Origin: Eledone cirrhosa
Lineage: Eukaryota
DNA: 64,000 bases
Assembly: GCA_964016885.1 (NCBI GenBank)
Contig: OZ024740.1
Location: forward strand, 298,654,001-298,718,000
Reading direction: 5' to 3'
The first letter of the stretch is position 1. Every line of letters begins with the position of its first letter. A model generated the notes under the pieces. The model made no database searches, had not been told where the DNA came from, and saw nothing but the letters and a program-made list of their open reading frames with translations. Below, in pieces: positions 28,281 to 41,050 of the stretch. The position numbers and the translations under genes are program-made.

Positions 28281-30279
28281 AATTTTTGATCACCTTTGTT
28301 GGTAGAAATAGATTCATAATTGCTAATGAAATACACTCTATTGCAATTAATTAATTAATTTTGAAGCTCTTACTAAAATTATAATTATGTCAGTACTAGA
28401 TGTTTCTTATATAAAATTATATTGGAAGATTTTAATTTATATAGGTACCTTATCAAATGAGTGACTTTCTTTCTTAGAACTAGAGCTAGTTTTGACTGGA
28501 CTGCTATCAAATGGGTTAAAAATATTTCCATTTCGACTTTTACTTTAAGCCTTTTTTGTTACCATATTTCTAATGAAATACACTGTAATTCCTTTAATTA
28601 ATAACCAACTTGGTGGGTTTTACTGAAATTATTAATGATTTCATTTAACAGATGGTTTTTGTCATATCACTTACTAAAGAGTTCTTATATAAAATTATGT
28701 TGGAAAATATTAATTTAAATATGTGGTTTGATTTCATATTAATTAGAGCTGGTTTTTTGGGTGGATAAGCATGAAAAGGGTTAAGTGGAGAGCCATTTAT
28801 GGGATGTTAGCTCAAGAGTTGACAATTCCTACCCTGTTTGAACATTGCATTGTGTTAGTATCCAACAACCTAAACTTGTATATGAACAACATACTAAAGG
28901 AAGCAGAAGATGCATCGTATATTGAGTGTTTTGTTAGCTAGCTACGCTGGGTTTAATATTATATTATTGAAGTAAGCAATGCTTAACCATTCCAGTATTT
29001 CTTTTAAATAATTATTATAGTTGAGATGACCCAAGGAACTGAGTAGATTTGGAGAACTACATATCATTGTTGCACTAGGAAATATAGAAAAAGACACTTT
29101 TGGCTCATTAAACAAATGAGTCACATCTAAATGATTTATAGGAGAGGATTCACTTTTTTTTATGAGACAGAAATGTATATTTTGTAAAGTGACTATACAA
29201 TGAATCATAAGGAAATTAGAATTCATCTTTCCTTCAAAATTTCTTTGAGAATATTTAAGAAAATTTCCTTTGACAATAATTTCTTTCTTTGAATAAGTGA
29301 AAAGAAATTTCTTTGTAAATATTCATTGTTGAATATTATATCTGTGTAGTTTGAAATTGTATATTTCATATAAAAACGTATTATCCATAACTTTGGTAAT
29401 TTTTCCTAGTAAATCCATTATTAATCTTGAAAAGCAAGTCTGGTTCATTCTCAGGAGTAGAAAAGCTGTCAGTTTTTGTAAGAAGAGTTTCCTTGTTAAT
29501 AACTTCCTTTAAACTGCCATCATCCAGAAGTAATGCCAAATGCTTTCAACTTTGTTTTTTTTTTTTTGTTTTTTTTTGGCAATAATGGCTATACTTAAAG
29601 TTTCTGTCAGAACACTGTTAATGTATTCAGTTCAAGGAATTGAATTCCTCTGATAAAATGGGCTTTAGTTCAATTCATTTTGTAAAGTTAATGTCAAATT
29701 GAAGTGTAATGAAATATAATGCAACTTGATTTATGTACAGACATCTAACATAATCTGTTACATTCAGTTACAGGATCACAACAGTTGTAATTTATATGTA
29801 AAGTTTAAAATGATTTCAAGCATTTGTAAATACCAGGGTTTTCTGAATTAGTTTACAGTCAATAACCTTGTCATGTTTATGATAATTACCTAAGAATACA
29901 ACTATAAAGTGCAAAAATTCAGATGTCTATTATAACTGAGTATCATAGTTCACCAATGTTATCCAAGCGGCACATCATAAAACTATTTTTGACCATGTGC
30001 AAATATACACATGTACAACACCACCACAACATTAGCATAACAATGATAGCACTGAGTAGATAGATGTTGATCAGATATATTTACATAATAGTAAAATTAA
30101 AATATATATATATATATATATGTCTGACGACCGATCCAGATATGTATCATCATCATCATCACCATCAACGTTTAACGTCCGTGTTCCACGCTTGCATGGG
30201 TTTGGACGGGGGTTTTCCCACTTGAGGCAAGAGTGATTGTCTTGCTCGCATAGGACTGTATGTATATATATATATATAA

Positions 30280-30517
30280 CAGAGAAAATGTGGTAAGGAA
30301 CCAGGTGGACCATAACGCACCAAAGTACTCAATACTTAGGGTAGTAGAGTGGGTAATAGGAACGAGTAGGACCCCGACGGCTGAGCTCAAGCTGTTTCGA
30401 CGGCTAATTCAGTCCAGAATTAGCCGTCGAAACAGCTTGAGCTCAGCCGTCGAAACGGCTTGAGCTCAGCTGTCGAAACGGCTTGAGCTCAGCTGTCGGG
30501 GTCCTACTCGTTCCTAT
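30280..30517 (-). mobile_element. Palindromic Penelope-like non-autonomous element with half hammerhead
   Basis: Inverted repeat 30356-30410 / 30417-30517 containing CGAAAC-stem-GTC; about 75-nt tail homologous to 53285-53365; lies in (TA)n. Confidence 0.7.
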
Positions 30518-30519
30518 AT

Positions 30520-31120
30520 ATATATATCTATAAATACATAATCGGAGAAAGATAATTGCGATACTCCGGCCAAATTCCAACTCACTCAACAAACATTAGG
30601 AAATACCTGAGTATATTCGGGGTGCTAACTAATTGTATTGTGTGGAAAATTGGCTGTATCATTTCATATGAGATATATATGGTACTCTCAATTACTCTCT
30701 CTGTTGACCACTGGCCACTGGTCTTTGTATTCTGTTGCATTTTTGCACATCATTGTTTTTGACAGCATTTAAGCTGTTTTAATGCCTGTTGTAGTGATGA
30801 GTTTTCTCATTTATATTATAAATATATACTTAAATGTGTCCTTGCATTTATAAGCTGACATATATGACGAGATGTAGAAAACGAGTTGAGCCCCGTCACC
30901 TTGATTGTATCTTGGGCTGATCAATATCGAAACAATTGTAATATGCAAATAAAGTTTCTACATATGCTGCAACACTGACTTTGGCTCTTTAAATCTATTT
31001 ACACTCTGCACACTACAGCAATAACACTGGAATACAACCCAAATGAAATGAACCTCGTAATAGCATTGAGTGCTTCGAATGGCACGCCACCTGTAACTGT
31101 TGTTACAATACACCTAACTA
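30520..31120 (+). mobile_element. Penelope-like element 3' end (pseudo-LTR)
   Basis: Decayed peptide RRKII.AIL..NSLNKH (possible GIY-YIG C-terminus, weak), then hammerhead motif, AATAAA at 30948, and tail with ATTGAGTGCT. Confidence 0.6.
30859..30945 (+). ncRNA. Type I hammerhead ribozyme fold with C3>A core substitution
   Basis: Stem I CATAT/ATATG; core aTGACGA; stem II GATGT...ATATC; GAAA; stem III A-CAATTG-T; GUA triplet with predicted cut after 30940. Confidence 0.65.
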
Positions 31121-31124
31121 ACAA

Positions 31125-31812
31125 CAACATCATCATCATCACCATCGTTTAGTGTTCATTTTCCACTCTAGCATGGGTTAGACGGGTTGTCCCATTAGAG
31201 GCAAGTTACTCATATAGGACTGTTTCTAGCTAGATTTCTACGGCTGGATGCCCTTCCTAATGCCAACCACATTTACATTGTGTGCTGGGTGCTTTTTGTT
31301 GTGACACCTACATGATCACTTTACAGTGTGGGCTGGAAATTTTTGTGATATCAACATAACTTTACTATGTAAGGGTAGTGTAGACAGAAGTGGGGGGATG
31401 GTGTTGGAGTGTGGATCATTTATAGAAGGGTGAATAATGGATTAAGTGGTTAAGAGGTGCTTACTGGGTGTATGTCTGAGTCCGTGCGCAAGGGAAGGCG
31501 GGTCTTCTGTATTACTGCATAATGCCAAAGATCTTGATCCTGTATCATTGTCTTTGAGAGGTACAATTGTGCAAGGTCAGCTTTTATCACGTCATCTCAG
31601 GTCTTCCTGGATCTTTTACTCCATAGCTTCCATCAATTTTGATCGCCCTGCACTTTTTTATACAGCTGTCATCCTTCATATGCATCACATGACCTTACCA
31701 ACGCAATCTCCTCTAGAATACTGCATCTGATCCCTCTTATGCCCAATTTCTCCCTTAGTTCATTTTCACTTTGTTGTTTGTGTATATTACTATTACACAT
31801 CCAGCGGAGCAT
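31125..31812 (-). mobile_element. RTE LINE 3' fragment with 3' UTR (PHD-RTE family)
   Basis: Reverse complement of MLRWMCNSNI..KDDSCIKKCRAIKIDG plus the GGAAGGGCATCCAGC UTR and (GAT)n tail. Confidence 0.88.
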
Positions 31813-31837
31813 GTATATATATATATATATATATATA

Positions 31838-34117
31838 CGCCAGCCAGATAGATTATATCCTTACTAGAAGACATGACAAAGTGTCTGTTGTAAACACTAA
31901 ATCCCTCCCCCATGAAGAATGTACCTCCCAACATAGCCTAGTAGTTAGTGACCTCATAGTCAGGAATAGACGTACTCGACGACAGAGGAGGCCTACCTTG
32001 AGGAGAAGAATATGGAAATTGAAGGACCCCATAGCCAGTAACAAATTTAAAAGCTTATTACTTGAGGCCTTTGACAATAAGGAAGGGCAATTAGAGACGT
32101 ACAATATAGAGGAACAGTGGGAATTCTTGAAAGTGAACCTGCTGAAAGCAACGGATGAAATCTGTGGCTGGAGCAGATCTATTGGCAGGAGGAGAGTAAC
32201 TTGGTGGTGGAACAGTAAGGCTGAGGAGGCAATCAAGGCCAAAAAGCAGGCTTGGAAAGTATGGCAGGATGGGAGAAGTAGAGAGCACTATCAAGTGGCC
32301 AGGAGAGAAGCTAGGAGACAAGTGTACCTTGCAAAAAGGGAAGCAGAGGATAGAAAGTTCAAGCATGTTCTACAACGTGAGGACCAAAAACGTGTGGTGT
32401 TCAGGATTGCTAGACAATGTGTCAAGGAAAACTGTGATATTGTCGGGGAGAAGTGTATCCGTAATGATAATGGTGTAATTCTCCTCACTAATACTGATAA
32501 GAAGATAGCTTGGAAGTGTCACTATGAGAGACTACTAAATGAGGAGAATAAATGGGAAAACAATAGTCTGCCCCAAATCGATCCAATAGAAGGACCAGTG
32601 GTGCAAATTAAAGGTAGTATAATAAGTAAAGCAATCAAAGATATGAAGACAGGCAAGGCAACTGAGCCTTCGGAGATAGTTGCTGAGATGTTGAAGGCAT
32701 CTGGAATGGTGGGACATACTATGGTCACCTGTATAGTTAACCAAGTAATACAGAATGGGGTCATACCAAAAGACTGGCGTAGCAGCATCATCATTAACTG
32801 CTACAAGTGGATGCTCTAGATAGGGGAAACTATAGAGGCATTAAGTTAGTTGACCAGGTCATGAAGGTCACAGAAAGAGTTATAGCAGAACTAATCAGAG
32901 AGCGAATTGATCTAGATGAAATGCAGTTTGGGTTTGTGTCAGGTAAAAGTACCACAGACGCTCTTTTCCTTGTACGACAACTACAGGAGAAGTACCTAGC
33001 TAAAAGTAAACCCCTCTACTTAGCTTTTGTAGGCCTGGAGAAAGCCTTTGACAGAGTCCCCCGCTCCATTATCTGGTGGGCTCTTAGAAAACTAGGTGTA
33101 GATGAATGGCTTGTGAGAGCTATACAAGCTATGTATAAAAAAACAGTCAGTAAGGTTAAAATTAACAATGAATATTGTGAAGAATTTAGTGTAAAAGTTG
33201 GTGTTCATCAAGGCTCTGTCCTTAGCCCACTCCTATTTATTATTGCCCTTCAGGCTATAACAGAGGAGTTTAAGACTAGCTGCCCATGGGAACTCTTATA
33301 TGCAGATGATCGAACTCTCATAACTGAATCTATGGCTGAACTAGAGAAGAAATTCTAAACATGGAAGAATGGCCTAGAATCAAAAGGCCTTAAAGTTAAC
33401 TTGCCTAAGACTAAAGTTCTAGTAAGTAGAAACGAAAATAGGGCACAGGTACCCTCAGAGAAATGGCCATGCTCAGTGTGTAGGAAAGGAGTAGGCAGAA
33501 ATTCCATTTTATATCCCAAATGCAAACTATAGGTACATAAAAGATGTAGTGGGATCACAGGTAAACTATCTAAGAACATAGATTTTATATGTGGCTGATG
33601 CTCAGGTGCAATAAGTAGCAAGTGCCCACAGGATACTAGCTCCTTCTATTGTCCAGATGGTTCTATAGAAATAGTGGACACGTTCCGTTACCTGAGTGAC
33701 AAGATCAGCAGTGGTGGAAGGTGCTCTGAAAGTATAGTAGCTAGAGTCAGAACTGGATGGAAAAAGTTCAGAGAGCTTATACCGCTGTTTGCCACAAAGG
33801 GTTACTCTCTAAAAAGGAAAGGCAGATTGTATGATGCCTGTATACGAACAGCAATGCTACATGGCAGTGAGACATGGGCATTGCGTGCAGAGGACATGCG
33901 CAGACTGGAAAGGAACGAAATATGCATGCTCCGTTGGATGTGTAATAGTAATATACGTGAACGGCAAAGCATAAATGAACTAAGTGAGAAATTAGGAATA
34001 AGAGGGATCAGATGCTGTTTACTTGAGAGAAGACTATGTTCGTATGGTCACGTGATGCGCATGAAAGACGACAGCTGTATAAAAAAGTGCAGGGCGATCA
34101 AAATTGATGGTCTCTGA
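31838..34117 (+). mobile_element. RTE LINE (PHD-RTE family), from endonuclease C-terminus through RT; frameshifted and 3'-truncated
   Basis: SQIDYIL..SQHSLV (APE end), NYRGIKL, QFGF, GVHQGSVLSP, YADD, decayed PHD finger. Confidence 0.93.
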
Positions 34118-34559
34118 GTTATGCACTTTATAGTGTAACATTACTCCAAAGACTCTTTGGAGGAATCCCATTTCTGCCACTTTTATTTGCAATTGTATTC
34201 CTTTGATCATTACTCAAGATTCATGATCCTCGGTAAGAGTTGGCAAGAATACCAGGAAGACTGCGAGTTTGGCTTTTACACTTTATCTGATTGCTGAATG
34301 CTGAGGCATTGCTGTATCAGCTTTTGCAATTCTTGCACTTAATTCAGCCTCTTGCATCCCATCACTTATGAACACGGCTCTAAGAGACTTGAACTTCTCT
34401 AACTACTTCAGTAGAACTCAATTCACATGTATATAAATATGAGGGACTTATGTCCACCCATCCATTACGCAATGTGTATGTGTGTTTGTATGTGTAAAAG
34501 GAAGGAAAGGGATGCACACATATATATGTCTAACTTAAAAACACACACATCTCTAATTT

Positions 34560-35240
34560 AAGAATGCCGATAAACTTTGGAACCGTCTGGGTTGTCCTGA
34601 ATTGGTGGCAAAAGACTTGACGGTCTTACTCTGTGCTCCTGGTCAAGAGGCAGGTGCCTTACCTGGGACGTCACAGTTTAGTGACTCTTTTGCTTCTTCC
34701 CACATTCTGGATGCAGCGATAAGGGCGAGAGCTACAGCATCCGCAGCTGAACGGAACAAAATCCTAAAATACTGTGTTCTGTCAGCTAACTATATTATCC
34801 AGCCTGTGGCGTTCGAGACGTTTAGGGAAGTCGGGCTACTGACAGCGAGATTATCTTCACTGGCGGCTCGCCAAACAGAGCTAACTGGTGATGTTCGTGA
34901 GGGCACTTGGTTGTTCCAGCACCTCAGCCTCGCCATCACCCGAGGTAACGCTGCGAGCATGCTGGCCTGCCTCAAAAATTATTAGAGAGGTTTCCCAGTG
35001 CTCCTCGCTATATTGCTATCTTTTGATCTGGTAGCATCTTGTTATACCACTCTTTTGCCTGCATATTGTTCTGTTGCCTAAGATGTGTGTATTACCTGCT
35101 TGTGTATTTTTACTCTTTCTTTTTTTCCTTTCCCTTTCCTTTGTATATATTATATTTGTTAGTGTTTTCATTCTGTAACCATTATATTAAATGAGTTAAA
35201 AAAAAATGAGTTAATAAATAAAGAGTTAATAAATAAAATG
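34560..35240 (+). mobile_element. CRE-clade retrotransposon 3' fragment
   Basis: EPSGL..GKRLDGLT..WDVT..ASAAERNKILKY..PVAFET..WLFQHLSLAITRGNAASML, then a T-rich UTR and A-rich end. Confidence 0.8.
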
Positions 35241-35289
35241 TTATACTTGTTTTACCCTCCCATTTCCAATTTCACTGAACGCTGCTATC

Positions 35290-35530
35290 ATGACTATGTG
35301 TGTGTAAATGTATATGTGAATGTATGTATGCTTGTGTGAAAGTATGAGTGAATGTATGTATATTTGTGTGAAAGTAGGTGTGAATGTATGTGTTTGTGTA
35401 AATGTATATGTGTGAAAGTATGTATATTTGTGTGAAAGTATGTATATTTGTGTGAAAGTATGTATATTTGTGTGAAAGTATGTGTATTTGTGTGAATGTA
35501 TGTGTATTTGTGTGAATGTAAGTCCGTGTA
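35290..35530. repeat. 20-bp minisatellite (GTATGTATATTTGTGTGAAA)n
   Basis: Directly visible tandem units. Confidence 0.85.
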
Positions 35531-36022
35531 TTTTTATAAGTTTGTGTTTGCGCCATTATAGTTATATACTCATAATAGTTATATACTCACACATATAGAT
35601 GTATGTATGTGCACACTCATACACGTCAGCGTGTAGAAAATCATAATCTCTCTATCTCTCTCATCACACACTCTCTCTATATGTGGTGGTAGTGGTGGCG
35701 ACGATATGCCGGAAGTGCAACTTTGAAAAGAAGTCAATTTTAAATTATTTATTTTTACGAAATTATTTATGTTTACAAAATTTAGTACATAAATTATGTA
35801 ATATTCATTCATTATTTATTCTGAGTTCAAATCCCGCCGAGGTTAACTTTGCCTTTCATCCTTACGGGGTCGATAAAATAAAGTACCAGTAATGTACTGG
35901 GTAATTGCTGGCCTTGTGCCAAAAATAGAAACAATTATTTATTCAAAGAAATCCAACTTATTTTACTAACTGGATTAAAAGAAACAAACCGTACGCAGTC
36001 CCGCAGCCCTTGCTTTATTATA

Positions 36023-36396
36023 GTTTAGATTGATTGATGATGTGCGTTTCATTATTGATCAGCTCAAGATTCGATCTGTATTGATCTTGCCTGACTCTGG
36101 AATCAAAAGCTCGTTGGCTCTCTGCTGTAGTACTGACAGCAGATATACTACAGTACTACAGCAGAGGTTCAACGAGCTTTTGATCCCAGAGTCAGGCCAG
36201 ATTGATACAGATCGAACCTTGAGCTGATCAATAGCAAAATGCGTGTCACCATTCAATAAACGTAATGAAGGCTTAACAAATTGTCCTTGTATTATTATAT
36301 TACACTCTGTCTAGCTCTACACCCCGCCACTGATGTGAACCTAAACATCGAGTGCTCACCTGGGTGAACCTACAGTAATTTCACGTTACACTCCCT

Positions 36397-36400
<4 letters not shown>
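36023..36400 (+). mobile_element. Palindromic Penelope-like element (arms about 110 bp) plus tail
   Basis: Inverted repeat 36023-36136 / 36150-36261; shares CTTGRGCTGATCAATA with 30911-30926; AATAAA; tail motif ATCGAGTGCT; ends in (TA)n. Confidence 0.7.
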
Positions 36401-36430
<30 letters not shown>

Positions 36431-36454
36431 TCATCATCATTCATCATTTCATTT

Positions 36455-36881
<427 letters not shown>

Positions 36882-36999
36882 GGACCTAATATAATAGAAT
36901 GTTATAAATATAATTCCTAATATGATGTTTCTCCAACCACAAAAGATAAATTGTGTTAATCATTATGTTTGTGGCTTATTAATTCCCATTGAAATTCTG

Positions 37000-39900
37000 T
37001 TAGCTTGTATATGATAGTTTTGTATTATCACTTATCATATTAAGTGGCTGTGCAGATTAATGGGATTTAGTAGTATTGACAGTATGTGAGGTGTTGGAAA
37101 CTGAACATTTGTAGCAGTAGAGTTTTCAGAAATTGATATTGTTAGCCTATTAGAAACATTATTTGAGAGTGCCACATGATCAAGTAGCAACTCTCCAAAT
37201 GATGAAACTAACGATGCTGGCCCATTATCCTGATTAGCACAAGTGCTTGGGGATGATATTTAGAAGTTGTTTCATCAATTGAGGCTAACTGAATTTTTTC
37301 ATCTTGCCATTTTATCCAGCCTGTGTTTCTGCCCACAGGAATCAGATAATGTGTATCTACAGGAAATTTCCTTCAATTGTTCTTGTTATGAACCATTTGT
37401 TCAATTTCATAAAAAAGGCTTACTGCTACATTTAACTTCTTAGCTGAAGATAACTTCCATGCACAGGATGTACTACAATGGTTGAAAATAATCTTTAAGC
37501 AAATAGCCAATCTTTTAATGCATAGCTCTTTTTGGTGTACAATTAGATTTTGTAGTGTAGTTAGGACTTTCAGTTTTCTTACAATCAAAGTTTGCCTCAC
37601 ATAATTATCTCACGTAATATCAAATCTATGAGCTTTTGATACTATTTATTTTGAGAACCATACCTTAACATCTGTATGAGCGGCCGGTTTGAATAGAAAG
37701 AGGTGAGAGAATTCTGGTCAGATACGGTCAGTTTTAATGCTAAAGGGTTAAGTGAATAAATTCTTGTTCAGTGCCTGATATCACTGTCTTTGAAATGTCA
37801 AGGCTAGAGAAGATGGAAAATATATACTTTCTTATTCTACTGACCATTTTTTTTCCATCCTTAGAGGTATTTTACCTGATTTCTAAGCTATTATTTAGAG
37901 CAATCAATGGTGCTTACAGTTATTTTCTGCATTTGGTATTGCTACATTTTCTAAGAATTGCAACACTACCCAACACTCCAAATAGTTTATATAGAAAACT
38001 TGCTTGTATTTTTCCAGGCTCTTAATGGCATTCATTTCAGGTGTTGGCATAGTTAACTATAATCAACTTATTACATCATTTTTACATATACCCAGAAACT
38101 ATGTAATTCTTCCCCAAACTTTATGCCACTTATCAGTACAGCGATGCCTTTAAATTTGATTTTAGCACACACATCATAAGATGTAACAAATTTCTCTGCA
38201 TCTCTCAAAATTAGGCCACCAAAACATAAGCTGCTGCTTTCTTCAGTGTTTGTTGTATACCTGCGAGTATGTCATACATTGCAGAATAAATAACTGTTTC
38301 TATCAAAGATAATATAATTCTCTATAGTCAGTTCAGAAAAATGCCCGGCAAATTATTGTTCTGAAATGGTGTAGGTAAATCTTTTCCAGCAAGTACATGC
38401 GTTGAAATAATTGTTTATGTCTAACTGTTTGAGAACCACCAAAAAAAATAAATCCCTAATTTCCTATGTATTGCATTTTTAAAGAACACTGTATCAAATT
38501 CATTTGGGTCATACAGAATATCAATATGACTGACAGTTTGTAAGAAGCGTGTAAATGATTTTGAAATCATATGATAATATGAGAGCCCACCTGGTAATTT
38601 GATGAGAATCTAGCCTAGAACCATCAAGATCCTTTGAAAAAATGAATTGCAATGACTGATGATCAGTCTCCAGTGTGAAATATTCCCCTAACAAAACATG
38701 TATCAATCTTTCAAGACACTTCACCACTGAATAGGCTTCAAGTTCATACTAGTTTATCAACTCAAAATATTTTAAATTCCTTCTCTCACTTTAAGAACAT
38801 TGATCTGTTGGATCTTTTCTATTATCTTATATGATAGTTTGATTTCATATTTTTAAATAAATTTCAATCCCTTAGAAATCTATGGTAGATGCATTGTTAA
38901 TACATTTATTTGGGTTAACCCTTTTGATACCAACCTATCTGAAAACAACCTTGATTCTATGATACAAAGCCTTTCATTTTATATTGTTTATATTTATCTT
39001 AAAAAAAAAACCTTCTTCATAATTTTATGCAATAACTTATGTTATGTTCCTAACAACAGCTTAATAATGTCAAAATTAGTTATTTCATTTAACCCCTCCA
39101 AATTTTTTTATTATTTTTAAAATTATTTGAAACACCATGGTAGTGTCTTTCATAAGAAATATGATAATGAAAGGGTTAATACATTTTCTCCTTTCGGCTT
39201 ATCAATAAGTGTATTATCTTGATTTATCCTGGCTTGTTGCAAAGATGAGTATGTTATTCTGGTGTATGATTATGTCATTAATTCCCAGCAGTACATACTC
39301 TATACAGTGTTGGAAAATAGAGTTGCTATTTTTGGAGATCCACCTGAAGTCTATTAGCTAAGTAAAAAAAAAAATTTAAATATGTTGCACACAAATTCTT
39401 AGAGCTCTCATCTGAACCAAATATGCAAGTGTGCATTATTTAACCTTTTCGTTGCCGTATTTCTAATGAAATAAATTACCTATGATTTTCACATAGTTTT
39501 GAAAATAAATAATTCGGAGAAAATTAGAACTATAACAAACTTATTCATTATTACACAACTTAAAGGTTCTTACATAAATTATAATGGAAGTTTTAAATAC
39601 CATTATGATGATCATCATCATCTTCACCATTGTACGTTTAGTTTCCATGGGTTAGATGGCTTATCACATTCTGAGGCTTGACTGGCTGGTCCAATGACTG
39701 TGTCTTGCTCATATATTCTAATTTGGCATGGTGTTTATAGCTGGATGCCCTTCATCATGTCAACCACTTAACAATGTGTACTGGATGCATTTTCTGATGG
39801 CACTGCCACAACCATTTGACAAAGTAGACTGGGTTCATTTTCTCATGGCACCATCACTGCCACTTGACAAAGTGGATTGGGTGCTTTTCATGGTACCAGC

Positions 39901-41050
39901 ACTACCACTTTACAGAGTGGGCTGGGTGCATTTTATGATGGCACTAGTAATGCCTCTTTACTGAGTGGCTTGGGTACATTTTATTGTGACACTAACACTT
40001 CTACTCTCCCCTATGAGCTGAGCACTGAGCACATTTTATTGTGCAACCAGTGCTATCACATTTCTACATTTCAAATGAACAGCTTTGTATCACAGAACCA
40101 AGGATGGTTCCAGGCATTGGTATCAAAAGGGTCATTCAAGTGAGAAAAAAAAATTACTTTGCTTCTTATCTATTAATGAATATTGTTTCAAGATATGGAG
40201 TTTCATGTGGAAAAAAGTAATTGAATCTTATTATTCAAATGTACTTAGTGAAACAAGTCAGATTAGATGACCGTGTCTTGCACATACGGAACTGTTTCTG
40301 GTTTGGCTTCTATGGCTGGATGCGCTTCCTCATGCCAACTCCATTTACCATCTGGGTGCTTTTTATTGTGACACCAAAACGACCACTTTACAGTGTATAC
40401 ACACACACATCAGAAATATAAACTCTACTGGGTAGAAAATTTCGATGGGGTAGGAGGTGTAGGCATCTTACTCGCTGAGAAGTGGGTAGATAAGGTGATA
40501 GAGGTAGTTAAAGTAAATCATCAAGCCTAGAATAGCTGTAGGAAATAGAATTGTGATAATTACTGTCTTTCTTCCATACCCTAACAATTGGTGACAATTT
40601 CAGACAGACATGAAGTTTAAATGCCATTTACTTTGGCTGTGGACCTCATTCTCAAACTCCTTTTTTATATTGAAACTGGATGTGCTGAAAAAATTTAATT
40701 TTAAATATACTTGATACTGCAACTTTTATATTTTATCCTCAGAAACATAACATGATTTTTAATTCAGAATATTCACACTAATTAATCCAAAGTTATAATG
40801 ACTATTAACTACAGCAAAGCTGAAGTGTTGTATTTTTATCTCGAAAACAATCAAAGCTATTGTAGTATCAATTACTCCAAATCTTGATCTCTCATAAAGA
40901 ATTAGATGTCTATCAATAGATTTGATGATTAATGATGACTTTGTTAAATTAGTAAATTCTGGTGCTATCTGAATGTCTGTAAACACCCTTTCATTGTCTA
41001 TTTGAAGTGGTTAAAGAATCCTCTAAAAGTTAAATTATTTCTCAGCAAAA
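37000..41050 (-). mobile_element. Degenerate Gypsy/Ty3 pol remnant with nested MITEs and RTE tails
   Basis: RNase H FTLETDHQSLQFIF..ITRWALILSYDFKIIY (38521-38727); RT-like NSIFQHCIEYVLLG and QDNTLI near 39200-39330; boundaries approximate. Confidence 0.65.
39605..40030 (-). mobile_element. RTE 3' UTR fragment with an expanded internal tandem array (units about 45 bp)
   Basis: CTGGATGCCCTTC motif followed by about 6 copies of GGGTGCTTTT..ATGGCAC..CCACTTTACA.AGTGG. Confidence 0.75.
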
